Shown in pieces: positions 1 through 11,957 of a stretch of 48,659 nucleotides of DNA; the stretch's first letter is position 1; the number at the start of each line of letters is the position of its first letter. The notes beneath the pieces were generated by a model. That model was not told where the DNA came from. It made no database searches and worked only from the letters and a program-made list of their open reading frames with translations. Position numbers and translations under genes: made by a program. The stretch covers positions 1 through 48,659 of the forward strand of contig JAQSWF010000004.1 of NCBI GenBank assembly GCA_029266775.1. Reading direction: 5' to 3'. Source of the stretch: Pseudonocardia sp. GTDB lineage: Bacteria > Actinomycetota > Actinomycetes > Mycobacteriales > Pseudonocardiaceae.

Positions 1-1
1 G

Positions 2-841
2 CTACCGGCTGCGGACGACGGCGACCGGGCAGTGCGCGTGGTGCAGCAGGGTGTGGCTCACCGAGCCGCGCAGAATCCCGCCCAGTCCGCCGCGTCCGTG
101 GCTGCCGACCACGATCAGCTCCGCGCCGCGCGACTCGTCGACGAGGGCGGCTGCGGGGTCGCCCCCGACGACCTTCTCCAGAACGTCGACCCCGGGAAAC
201 TCCTCACAGGGGCCAGCGAGACGCTGCATCAAGATCGCCTGCTCGTCGTCCGCGGCCTGCTGCCATTCGTGTGCGGGCGACGCGTCGGTGTCGATGTCGG
301 GCCCCAGCCAGGTGAGCACCGCGGTGAGCCCGACACCACGGCTTGCGGCTTCGCTGAAGGCGAGGTCGATGGCGCGCTCGGACCGCGGCGAGTCGTCCAC
401 CCCCACGACGACGCGGCCCGCCGAAGGTCCCGGAGGTGCGTCCTCGCCGAGGAGGCGGATCACGACGACGGGGCACGGAGCGTGCATGGCCACCTGCAGC
501 GACGTCGAGCCGGCCAGCAGACTGGAGAGATCGCTCCTGCCCCGGGCGCCGAGCACCACCATGCTGGCGTCGGAGGCCTGCTTCAGCAGCGCGTCAGCCG
601 GATGGCCGTTGTCCAGCACCGTGCTCACGTCCAGGCCGGGGACGGCCCGTTCCGCCCGTGCCGCCGCGTCGTCCAGCATCTCCTCGCCCGCCGCCCGGCC
701 CGTTCGGCCGGACGTGTGCACGAGCCGGAGCGGGCACGAGCGGCGGCGGGCCGCATCCACGCCCCAGGCGAGGGCGGCGGTTGCGAGGTCGGACCCATCG
801 ATTCCGACGACGACCGGCTCTGCGGTACCGGACCTGGTCAT
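2..841 (-). CDS. Universal stress protein, tandem USP domains
   Basis: Two USP repeats: VVVGIDGS...MVVLGARGRS...GSTS...HAPCPVVV and VVVGVDDS...LIVVGSHGRGG...GSVS...HAHCPVAVV. ATG at 841 with GGGAGG RBS. Confidence 0.93.
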   Translation of the reverse strand: MTRSGTAEPVVVGIDGSDLATAALAWGVDAARRRSCPLRLVHTSGRTGRAAGEEMLDDAAARAERAVPGLDVSTVLDNGHPADALLKQASDASMVVLGARGRSDLSSLLAGSTSLQVAMHAPCPVVVIRLLGEDAPPGPSAGRVVVGVDDSPRSERAIDLAFSEAASRGVGLTAVLTWLGPDIDTDASPAHEWQQAADDEQAILMQRLAGPCEEFPGVDVLEKVVGGDPAAALVDESRGAELIVVGSHGRGGLGGILRGSVSHTLLHHAHCPVAVVRSR

Positions 842-923
842 GACGACCTCCCGTACGACACCCCCCATCACGGCGAGCGGGGTGCTGCCCGACCACGAAA
901 CAGCGCGTCACGGCCGTGTCACA

Positions 924-940
924 TCACCCGGGCAGGGTGA
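924..940. promoter_or_regulatory. Palindromic operator TCACCC-GGGCA-GGGTGA
   Basis: Perfect 6-5-6 inverted repeat between the divergent USP and Nudix genes. The same motif recurs in other intergenic regions. Confidence 0.7.
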
Positions 941-1014
941 CCGCGCCACCATCGGTCCGACGCCGTTGCGTCGCGGAGGTGTCGCCCTGGTCAGGTTCAC
1001 GCCTCGCGGCACGT

Positions 1015-1031
1015 TCACCCGAGCCGGGGGA
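1015..1031 (+). promoter_or_regulatory. Operator copy TCACCC-GAGCC-GGGGGA upstream of Nudix/DUF2252
   Basis: One mismatch to consensus; GAAGGT hexamer at 1055-1060, 23 nt downstream. Confidence 0.55.
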
Positions 1032-1090
1032 TGCGGCCGAGGCCGGGGTCGTCCGAAGGTCAGCGCGACCCGGACCGGAAGGAGCCCGGC

Positions 1091-1657
1091 GTGACCGATC
1101 TCTCGAGCAGGCCCGAGATCAGTGACCACGCGGAACTCCGCGCTGATCAGCAGTTGCCGATGCCGGACGCCACTGCAGTACGACAGGTGCGACAGGTGCA
1201 CTTCCACGACCCCGACGCCCCACCGGCGGCGGTCGTGGTGCCGTCGGTGTTCGTTGCCGCTCGTGATGAGCACGGCAGGTTGCTCCTGGTCCGCCGGTGG
1301 GACAGCGGCCTCTGGGAGTTGCCGGGCGGTCGGATCGACGTCGGTGAGAGCGCCGACCACGCCGCCGTCCGCGAGACGGTCGAGGAGGCCGGCATACGGG
1401 TCCGGGTGGTCGGCATCGTCGGCCTGTTCACCGACCCTGCGCACGTCGTTCGGTCGGTGTCCGGAGAGGTACGCCAGCAGTTCATCGTGTGCTTCCGCGC
1501 CGTGCCGATCTGGGGACGGCCGCGCCCCGACCGGTTCGAGACGGTGGAGGCCGCATGGTTCGAACCCCCCGAGATCGCAACGCTGGCGGTCGAGCCCGCA
1601 GCACAGCACTGGATCCGGCAAGCCCTGTCCGACGCGCCCGAACCCCATCTCGGCTGA
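1091..1657 (+). CDS. Nudix hydrolase
   Basis: Nudix box GGRIDVGESADHAAVRETVEEAG; GTG at 1091 after GGAAGGAG. Confidence 0.9.
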   Translation: MTDLSSRPEISDHAELRADQQLPMPDATAVRQVRQVHFHDPDAPPAAVVVPSVFVAARDEHGRLLLVRRWDSGLWELPGGRIDVGESADHAAVRETVEEAGIRVRVVGIVGLFTDPAHVVRSVSGEVRQQFIVCFRAVPIWGRPRPDRFETVEAAWFEPPEIATLAVEPAAQHWIRQALSDAPEPHLG

Positions 1658-1668
1658 GGAGGTCCACC

Positions 1669-3123
1669 ATGACCCAGGTGCAGGTGACCGGCGTGCGCCG
1701 TCGGCGAGGCGGTTCGGCGACCAGGCAGCCTCGGGTCACCCGCGAGCAACGCATCTCCCGAGGACGAGCCGCCCGCAGCGAGACCCCGCGGTCGAGCCAC
1801 GCCGAATTCGCGCCCGGCCCGCACCGGCCCGACCCGGTCGGTCAGCTGGAGAGCCAGGGGGCGGCGCGCGTTCCGGAACTGCTGCCGATCCGGTACGGCC
1901 GGATGGCGATCTCGCCCTTCACGTTCTTCCGGGGCGCCGCGCTGGTGATGGCCAGCGACCTGGCGAGCACCCCCAGCAGCGGAATCACCGTGCAGGCCTG
2001 CGGAGACGCCCACCTGTCGAACTTCGGCATGTTCGCATCACCGGAGCGCCGCCTCGTCTTCGACATCAATGACTTCGACGAGACCCTTCCCGGGCCGTGG
2101 GAGTGGGACATCAAGCGTCTCGCGACGAGCGTGGAGGTGGCCGGCCGCGACATCGGCTTCTCATCGAAGGAGCGCAGTGTCACCGTCCTGGCGACCATCG
2201 CTGCCTATCGGCGAGCGATGCGGCAGTTCGCGGAGAAGCCGGCTCTCGAGGTCTGGTACGCCCACGCCGATGTGGCGCAGGTGCAGGCCCGGCTCGAACA
2301 GGTGCTCGATCGCCGGCGGCGCAAGACACTGGCCCGCGCGCTCGCCAAGGCACAGACCAAGGACAACCTCGGGGCGCTCGACCGGTTCGCCGGGAAGGAG
2401 AACGGCACCTGGGCGATCGTCGCGGAGCCACCACTCATCGTGCCCCTGCGCGATCTCGTCGGAAACGGCACGGGCCCCGGCGAGGCCACGGCCCAGCTGC
2501 GCGACATGCTCGACGCGTACCAGACCAGCCTGGAACCGGAGCGTCGGTCCCTGCTCGACCGGTACGAGCTGGTCGACCTCGCGCGCAAGGTCGTCGGCGT
2601 CGGCAGCGTCGGTACCCGCGCGTACATGCTGCTCCTCCTCGGCGACGACGAGCGCGATCCGCTGTTCCTGCAGGCGAAGGAGGCGGGCGCGTCCGTGCTG
2701 GAGGAGTTCGTCGAGCCGAGCACATACGACAACTGCGGCCAACGGGTCGTGGTCGGGCAGCGCCTCATGCAGACGGTCAGCGACATCTTCCTTGGCTGGG
2801 TCCGCGTGCAGGGCTTCGACGGGCGGACGCGGGACTTCTACCTGCGTCAGCTGCGGGACTGGAAGGGTTCGGCCGAGATCGAAGCGATGGTTCCGACGGG
2901 GATGCGCGTCTACGGCGAGCTCTGCGGGTGGACGCTGGCCCGGGCGCACGCGCGGTCAGGGGACCGCATCGCGATTGCCGCCTACCTCGGCGGCGGTCCC
3001 ACATTCGATCATGCTGTGCACGACTTCGCGCGCGCGTACGCGGACCAGAACGAACGCGACCACCAGGCGCTTCTGGACGCGATCGCCGCGGGCCGCATCT
3101 CCGCCGCCGAGGCAGGGGCCTAG
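1669..3123 (+). CDS. DUF2252 family protein (predicted kinase-like fold)
   Basis: RYGRM..SPFTFFRG, CGDAHLSNFG, FDINDFDET, RKVVGVGSVG, LQAKEA, RQLRDWK, LARAHARSGD; ATG at 1669 after GAGGAGG. Confidence 0.9.
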   Translation: MTQVQVTGVRRRRGGSATRQPRVTREQRISRGRAARSETPRSSHAEFAPGPHRPDPVGQLESQGAARVPELLPIRYGRMAISPFTFFRGAALVMASDLASTPSSGITVQACGDAHLSNFGMFASPERRLVFDINDFDETLPGPWEWDIKRLATSVEVAGRDIGFSSKERSVTVLATIAAYRRAMRQFAEKPALEVWYAHADVAQVQARLEQVLDRRRRKTLARALAKAQTKDNLGALDRFAGKENGTWAIVAEPPLIVPLRDLVGNGTGPGEATAQLRDMLDAYQTSLEPERRSLLDRYELVDLARKVVGVGSVGTRAYMLLLLGDDERDPLFLQAKEAGASVLEEFVEPSTYDNCGQRVVVGQRLMQTVSDIFLGWVRVQGFDGRTRDFYLRQLRDWKGSAEIEAMVPTGMRVYGELCGWTLARAHARSGDRIAIAAYLGGGPTFDHAVHDFARAYADQNERDHQALLDAIAAGRISAAEAGA

Positions 3124-3212
3124 GCCGTGTCCTGTAAATCCTGGTACGAGGGCGGACCTCCGTGCCGGGTGCTCGGCAGCCTGCAGGTGTTCCTGCGTGG
3201 AGGTAAGGCGCG

Positions 3213-3473
3213 ATGACCACGATGCGTTACGAGGTGCGGGTCGCCGGGCGGATGTCCGACCGGGCCTGTTCTGCTTTCCGCGACATGACCGTTGTGCCGG
3301 TGGATCCGGAGACGGTCATCTACGGCGACGTGACGGACGACGCCCAGCTGCACGGGCTCCTCGCGTTGTGTCAGGACCTGGGGCTCCGGGTCGTCGCCGT
3401 GCGCGAGGCACTCAACGCTGCGGTCCTCACGAACGGGAGCACCCTCAGCGCGCCGGTGCGGAACAGGCGCTGA
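3213..3473 (+). CDS. Small conserved hypothetical protein, ACT/ferredoxin-like pattern (copy 1)
   Basis: GGAGG RBS; YEVRVAG..SDR...PETVIYGDV.D.AQLHGLL; paralog at 21734-21940. Confidence 0.8.
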   Translation: MTTMRYEVRVAGRMSDRACSAFRDMTVVPVDPETVIYGDVTDDAQLHGLLALCQDLGLRVVAVREALNAAVLTNGSTLSAPVRNRR

Positions 3474-3577
3474 TCCTGACCGGTGACGGAGACGCCGTCG
3501 CAGGTCGGCGCGACGTCGACCCGGTCACCTTTTGCGGGGTGTGGGCCGCTCCAGTGGGCGTCCCTACCGTCGGTTCC

Positions 3578-3796
3578 GTGGTGAAGATGGCGCACGGAAT
3601 CACAACGGGTGACGGCGCCGCACCCGCGGGCCGCCGCGTCGACATCGACCCGGGCGCCGGGTGGGCGGACGCGCTGCTGCGCGATCGGCCCGTCGCTGCG
3701 CAGGCGGCGACGGACGCGCCGCACCGCCGGGGCGGACGGACGGGGCGGTTCGGCAGTCCCCCTTCACCCGGCCAGGGTGAGGTCCCCGTGCACTGA
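3578..3796 (+). CDS. Possible small hypothetical ORF or remnant
   Basis: GC-ending codons; TACCGT at 3565-3570, 7 nt before GTG; degenerate operator at 3525-3541. No homology recognised. Confidence 0.25.
   Translation: MVKMAHGITTGDGAAPAGRRVDIDPGAGWADALLRDRPVAAQAATDAPHRRGGRTGRFGSPPSPGQGEVPVH
3764..3780 (+). promoter_or_regulatory. Palindromic operator TCACCC-GGCCA-GGGTGA
   Basis: Perfect 6-5-6 palindrome; AAAGCT at 3804-3809, 23 nt downstream; precedes the amphi-Trp gene. Confidence 0.7.
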
Positions 3797-3863
3797 CCTA
3801 CCGAAAGCTGCAGCGCGGGCCGGAACGCGGTCCCGGGATCTCACAAAGCAGAGGCGGTCGGTC

Positions 3864-4118
3864 GTGTCGGACATGGAGCTGGAGCGCAAGGAGTCGCTGA
3901 GCCGGGCGGAGGCCGCGAAGCGTCTGGCGACGTTCGCCGAGGCGTTGGCAGCAGGCGAGAAGGTCAAACTCGATCTCGGTGGAACGTCGCTGACCCTTCA
4001 TGTCGCCGACGACGTCCGCATGGAGTTCGAGGTGGAGGTCACGGGGGACGAGATCGAGGTCGAGATGGAGCTGAAGTGGTCGACGACGCCGCCCCAAGCC
4101 GCGCGACGGAGGGCGTGA
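3864..4118 (+). CDS. amphi-Trp domain-containing protein
   Basis: LSRAEAAKRLATFAEAL amphipathic helix and C-terminal EIEVEMELKW; start GTG 3864 or ATG 3873. Confidence 0.85.
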   Translation: MSDMELERKESLSRAEAAKRLATFAEALAAGEKVKLDLGGTSLTLHVADDVRMEFEVEVTGDEIEVEMELKWSTTPPQAARRRA

Positions 4119-4271
4119 GTTCCGACCGGTCCTCCATCCGGGGTGGCGCGCCGGCACCTGAAGGGGAGAACGGTGTGGCCGACTTCCGTCCGCGTTCGCC
4201 GGACAGCGGACGTTGTCGGCCGTCGCGAGGAGTCGAACGTGGTCGACGACCGGTAGGAAGTGATCATCTTC

Positions 4272-4354
4272 GGCATCGGCGCCGTCAACCGTCGCTCACG
4301 GCGATCGCCAACGCGCTGCGCGTGGGTGATCACCTGACTACCCGGCTCGGCTGA
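4272..4354 (+). pseudogene. C-terminal remnant of a GMC-family oxidoreductase
   Basis: Reads GIGAVN[P]SLTAIANALRVGDHLTTRLG* with one base missing at about 4290, matching the GMC C-terminal NPxLT motif. The rest of the gene is absent. Confidence 0.7.
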
Positions 4355-4384
4355 GAAGACAACAGGGCGTAACAGGAGCGAACC

Positions 4385-5758
4385 ATGAGCGATCGAGTGG
4401 ACGCATTGGTGATCTTCGGCGCGACCGGGGACCTGGCCAAGCTGGAGACCTTCCCGGCCCTGGTCGGGCTGGTGGACCGGGGCATCCTCGACGTGCCGAT
4501 CGTCGGTGTGGCGAAGAGCGGCTGGGGCCTCGACCAGTTCCGGGAGTACGCAGCCGCGTCGCTGCGGGGCGCGGGGATGGACCCGAGCGCGCCGGCGGCG
4601 GCGCGGATGCTCGGGCTGCTGCGCTACATCGACGGCGACCTCGACGACGACGCAACCTATACGGCCATGTCCCGGGAGATGGGTGCCGGCGGCCGGGCCC
4701 TGTACTACCTGGAGGTTCCGCCCCCGCTGTTCGGCCGGATCGCCCGCGGTATCGCGGCGGCCAACCGGGTCGAGGGCGCCCGGGTAATGGTGGAGAAGCC
4801 GTTCGGCACCGACCTGCGCAGTGCGCAGGAGCTGAACGCGACGATGCACGCGGTGTTCCCGGAGGACGCGGTCTACCGGGTCGACCACTGGTTGGGTCTG
4901 GACCCGCTGAACAACGTGCTGGTCGCCCGCTTCGCCAACGCGGTGTTCGAACCACTGCTGAACCGCACCCACGTCGCGAGCATCCAGATCACGATGGCCG
5001 AGGCGTTCGACGTCGCGGACCGCGGGCGGTTCTACGACCGCACCGGGGCCGTCCGCGACGTCGTGCAGAACCACATGCTGCAGGTCCTCGCCACCGTCAC
5101 CGCGGATCCGCCGGACGGGCGCGGCCTGGACACCTGGGTGGACGCGAAGTCGCGGGTGGTGAACGCCCTGCGTCCGCTGACGCCGGACGACTGTGTCCGC
5201 GGGCAGTACGAGGGCTACCGCGAGGTAGCGGGTGTGGACCCGCTCTCGCGCACCGAGAGCTACGTTGCCCTACGACTCGAGCTGGACTCGTGGCGATGGG
5301 CTGGCGTACCCATCCTCATCAGGGCGGGCAAGACGATGCCGGTCACCGCCACCGAGGTCTCGCTGCGGTTCCGGCGCCCGCCGCACGACGTCTTCGGCGT
5401 CGGCAACGTGGGCGTCGCCAACGCGCTGCGTTTCCGGATCTGGCCCGACGCTGCGATCACCCTCGCGCTGGCCGGCAAGAAGCCGGGTGTGGGCCGCGAA
5501 GCGCAGCTGCAGGAGCTGTCCTTCGCCGAGCAGCCCGGGTCGACCATGCGGCCGTACGACCGCCTGATCGGAGCGGCACTGGAGGGCCGGCGAGTCCTGT
5601 TCGCTCGGCAGGACACGGTCGAGGCCGCGTGGCGAGTAGTCGATCAAGTGCTGGACGACGACCTCCCGGTGCACTCCTACCCGCGGGGCACCTGGGGCCC
5701 CAAGGAAGCCGACGCCCTGCTGCCCGACGGCGACACCTGGCACGACCCGGTGGGCTGA
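4385..5758 (+). CDS. zwf: Glucose-6-phosphate dehydrogenase-family protein (atypical)
   Basis: IFGATGDLA, VEKPFG, RVDHWLG, RDVVQNHMLQ, RAGK; AGGAG RBS. Confidence 0.88.
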   Translation: MSDRVDALVIFGATGDLAKLETFPALVGLVDRGILDVPIVGVAKSGWGLDQFREYAAASLRGAGMDPSAPAAARMLGLLRYIDGDLDDDATYTAMSREMGAGGRALYYLEVPPPLFGRIARGIAAANRVEGARVMVEKPFGTDLRSAQELNATMHAVFPEDAVYRVDHWLGLDPLNNVLVARFANAVFEPLLNRTHVASIQITMAEAFDVADRGRFYDRTGAVRDVVQNHMLQVLATVTADPPDGRGLDTWVDAKSRVVNALRPLTPDDCVRGQYEGYREVAGVDPLSRTESYVALRLELDSWRWAGVPILIRAGKTMPVTATEVSLRFRRPPHDVFGVGNVGVANALRFRIWPDAAITLALAGKKPGVGREAQLQELSFAEQPGSTMRPYDRLIGAALEGRRVLFARQDTVEAAWRVVDQVLDDDLPVHSYPRGTWGPKEADALLPDGDTWHDPVG

Positions 5759-5776
5759 GGTGTGCGCGCCAACAGG

Positions 5777-7408
5777 ATGAGCGAGACCCCGGACCCTGGT
5801 CGCAGCGCGGACGTCGACGCGGTCGAAGCCCCTGCAGCACCCGCCCGGGCCGGCCTGGTGCTCGTGGCCCTGATCCTCGTGGCCGGGGTGGCCAACCTCA
5901 ACCTGTCGGTCGCGAACGTCGCGCTGCCCTCGATCGGTCGAACCTTCGACTCCTCCCAGACGGCACTCGACCTGATCGCGGTCGGCTACTCGCTCGGCCT
6001 GGCCACCTCGGTGCTGTACCTGGGTGCCCTCGGCGACCGCTACGGGCGCAAGCTGATGCTCGTCCTCGGCATGGTGCTGTCGGTGCCCGCCTGCCTGCTG
6101 GCGGCGTACGCGCCCTCCGACGGAATCCTGTTCGCCGCCAGGGTGCTCGGTGGGCTCTCGGCGGGAATGGCCTACCCGACGACGCTGGCACTGATCGCGG
6201 CGCTGTGGTCGGGACCGGGGCGGACCAGGGCGATCGCGCTCTGGTCGGCGATCGGCGGCGGCATCGCGTCGCTCGGGCCGCTCGTCGCCGGCGCGCTCCT
6301 CGAGAGCTTCTGGTGGGGCTCGGTCTTCCTGGTCACGTTGCCGCTCGCGGTCGTGGCCGTCCTGATGGCGTACTTCATCGTGCCCAGCCACGTCAACGAG
6401 ACCACGGAGCCGGTCGACAACCTCGGCGGGATCCTGTCGGTCGTCCTCGTCGGGGCGCTGATCCTCTCGATCAACTTCGCGCCGGTACCGAACACGACAG
6501 CCCTCACGCTCGGCCTGGCGGCGATCGCGCTCGCCGCGCTCATCGCGTTCTTCGTCCGGCAGCGTCGTGCGAGGAACCCGCTGTACGACCTCGACGTCGC
6601 CCGGCGCCGTATCTTCTGGGTGGCGGCCTGCGCGGGCATCATCGTCTTCGGCTCGCTGATGGGCTCGGCGTTCGTCAGCCAGCAGTACCTGCAGAACGTC
6701 CTCGGCTACTCGACCCTGCAGGCCGGGACGGCCTTCCTGCCCGCCGTCGTGTTCATGATCCTCGTGGCGCCGCGCTCCGCCAGGCTCGTCGACACGCGGG
6801 GAGCCCGGTTCACGCTGCTGACCGGCTACGTGTTCCTCCTGCTCGCCTTCGGCGCGATGCTCCTGCTGTGGAACGACGACAGCCCCTACTGGCAGGTCGG
6901 CCTCGCCTACGTCCTCATCGGCATCGGCGTCGGCTTCGCGGGCACGCCCGCGTCCCACTCCCTCACAGGGTCCGTTCCCGTGCGTCGGGCCGGAATGGCG
7001 TCGGGCACGGCGGATCTGCAGCGCGACCTGGGGGGCGCGATCCTGCAGTCGGTCTTCGGTGCGTTGCTGACCGCGGGGTACGCCGCAGCCGTGTCGGCGG
7101 CCATCGCCGCATCTCCGCAAGGCCAGCAGATCACAGACAGTGTCCGGAACGAGCTCACCAAGTCGTTCTCGAGTGCCGCCGACACCGCCCAGCAGTATCC
7201 GGATTACGCGGCGCAGATCGTCGAGGGGGCGAAGTCGTCGTTCCTGTCCGGGGCCGACTGGGCCTACACCGCCGGGATCATCGCGATTCTCATCGGTGCC
7301 GCGATCGTGTTCTTCCTGTTCCCCACGAAGGAGAGCGAGCAGCGACTCCTGGCCGCCTACCAGGCCGAGGACACCGCACGGCAGCAGGGAAGCCGATCGT
7401 CGGGGTGA
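5777..7408 (+). CDS. MFS transporter, DHA2-like
   Basis: Motif A GALGDRYGRK, NVALP in TM1, many hydrophobic helices. Start 5762 (GTG) or 5777 (ATG). Confidence 0.9.
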   Translation: MSETPDPGRSADVDAVEAPAAPARAGLVLVALILVAGVANLNLSVANVALPSIGRTFDSSQTALDLIAVGYSLGLATSVLYLGALGDRYGRKLMLVLGMVLSVPACLLAAYAPSDGILFAARVLGGLSAGMAYPTTLALIAALWSGPGRTRAIALWSAIGGGIASLGPLVAGALLESFWWGSVFLVTLPLAVVAVLMAYFIVPSHVNETTEPVDNLGGILSVVLVGALILSINFAPVPNTTALTLGLAAIALAALIAFFVRQRRARNPLYDLDVARRRIFWVAACAGIIVFGSLMGSAFVSQQYLQNVLGYSTLQAGTAFLPAVVFMILVAPRSARLVDTRGARFTLLTGYVFLLLAFGAMLLLWNDDSPYWQVGLAYVLIGIGVGFAGTPASHSLTGSVPVRRAGMASGTADLQRDLGGAILQSVFGALLTAGYAAAVSAAIAASPQGQQITDSVRNELTKSFSSAADTAQQYPDYAAQIVEGAKSSFLSGADWAYTAGIIAILIGAAIVFFLFPTKESEQRLLAAYQAEDTARQQGSRSSG

Positions 7409-7415
7409 ACGGCCG

Positions 7416-7445
7416 CCTCGACCTCGACCTCGACCTCGTCCTCAT
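7416..7445 (+). repeat. Hexamer tandem repeat (CCTCGA)x3 + CCTCGT + CCTCAT
   Basis: Directly visible; the last unit overlaps the operator at 7442. Confidence 0.75.
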
Positions 7446-7458
7446 CCCGTTCGGGTGA
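7442..7458 (+). promoter_or_regulatory. Palindromic operator TCATCC-CGTTC-GGGTGA
   Basis: Matches consensus; canonical TAGCCT -10 at 7482-7487, 23 nt downstream. Confidence 0.72.
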
Positions 7459-7525
7459 CGTGACCGCCCGCCGGCTCTCCGTAGCCTCGGCACACTCGTG
7501 CGTCGGGCCGGAGGGAGCGCCACCC

Positions 7526-10233
<2,708 letters not shown>

Positions 10234-10237
<4 letters not shown>

Positions 10238-10992
10238 GCGGGGACGCCGCACGGCCCGGCATCTGGTACCCGCTGGGAGCGACGATCCGCGACGGGGGAA
10301 CGAACTTCGCCGTGGCGTCCGCGGCCGCCGACGGCATGCTCTTGTGCCTGTTCGAGGGGCGCGGCCCCGGGGACTGGGGCAGGGAGACCTGCATCCCGAT
10401 GCTCGACCGGGACGCCGGGGTCTGGCACGCGTTCGTTCCGGGGGTGGGTGCCGGGCAGGCGTACGGCTACCGCGCCACGGGCCCGTTCGAGCCCGCCGCG
10501 GGTCTGCGCTGCAACCCGGCCAAGCTCCTGCTCGACCCGTACGCCCGCGCGATCAGCGGTGAGGTGCGCTTCGGCGAGGAGGTCCTCGGTCACGTGCCCG
10601 GCGACCCCGACACCCCGAGTGATCTGGACTCCGCGGCGCACGTTCCGCGCAGCGTGGTGACGGCCGACGACTACCGGTGGGCCGCCGATCACCCGCGCCC
10701 GGGCCGCCGGTACGCCGACACCGTCGTCTACGAAGTGCACGTCAAGGGCTTCACCGCGGCGCACCCCGACATTCCACCCGAGCTGCGCGGCACCTACGCC
10801 GGGCTGGCCCACGAGGCGGCCATCGCCCACCTGCTCCACCTCGGTGTCACCGCGGTCGAGCTGCTCCCGGTGCACCATAACGTGCCGGAGGCGTTCCTCA
10901 GCGACCCCGGGCTCACCAACTACTGGGGCTACAACACCATCGGGTACTTCGCCCCGCACGCCGGATACTCGGCGGCGGTTCGAGCCTGTTGA
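10234..10992 (+). pseudogene. glgX: Glycogen debranching enzyme, N-terminal fragment only
   Basis: YPLGAT, NPAKLLLDPYA, YEVHVKGFT, VELLPVH, NYWGYNTIGYFAP. Stops after 252 aa, before the catalytic GH13 regions. Confidence 0.88.
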
Positions 10993-11957
10993 CGTACGCG
11001 CCGTCCGGCGGGCTGGTGGCGGCTCCCACAACCGGCCTGCCCGAGCAGGTCGGTGGCGAGCGGAACTGGGACTACCGCTACACCTGGGTCCGGGACGCCT
11101 CCTTCTCGGTGCATGCCCTGCGCCGGCTCGGTTTCACCGACGAGGCCGCGCAGTTCGCTGCCTGGCTGCGTGACCGCGTCACCGAGCGGGTCGGCGGTGA
11201 GGGCGGTCCCCTGAACATCATGTACCGCGTCGACGGGTCGTCGGATCTGAAGGAGGAGTCGCTGGAGCGCTGGTCGGGCTACCGAGGGTCGAGGCCGGTC
11301 CGGATCGGCAACGGGGCCGCGGACCAGCTTCAGCTCGACATCTACGGCGAGGCGCTGGACAGCATCTGGTTCGCACACACCCGTGGGCTGCAGATCGGGC
11401 ACCGCGGCTGGATGGCGGTACGCGGGCTGCTCGACTGGCTCACTGCGAACTGGGACCGTCCCGAGGAGGGCATCTGGGAGACACGGGGTGGCCGCAAGGA
11501 CTTCACCTACGGCCGCCTGATGTGCTGGGTGGCGTTCGACCGCGGTCTCCGGCTCGCCGCCGCCTACGGGCGCCCCGCGGACGTCGCGGGCTGGACGCGA
11601 GCCCGAGACGCGATCTACGAGCAGATCCTGACTCGGGGCTGGAATAAGGAGCGCGGGGCGTTCGTGCAGCACTACGGCAGCACGGTGCTGGACTCGTCGT
11701 TGCTGCGGATGGCGATGGTCGGCTTCGTTGCTGCCCGTGACCCGCTGTGGACCTCGACGCTCGACGCCATGGAGGAGGAGCTGGTCACCGACAGCCTGGT
11801 GTACCGGTACGACCCGGCCGCGTCACCGGACGGCCTCGCAGGCGACGAGGGCACGTTCTCGCTCTGCTCCTTCATGTTCGTCGACGCCCTGGCCCAGGCC
11901 GGCCGGGTCGAGGAGGCCCGGCTCGCGTTCGAGAAGATGCTGACCTACGCCAACCAT
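10989..11957 (+). pseudogene. GH15 glucoamylase/trehalase-like internal fragment, fused in frame to cydA
   Basis: LTYAPSGGLVAAPTTGLPE..GGERNWDYRYTWVRD, QLDIYGE, GIWETRG, EGTFSLCSF. Lacks the N-terminus and ends at ANH, before the usual LGL.SEE..GNFPQ segment. Confidence 0.85.
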
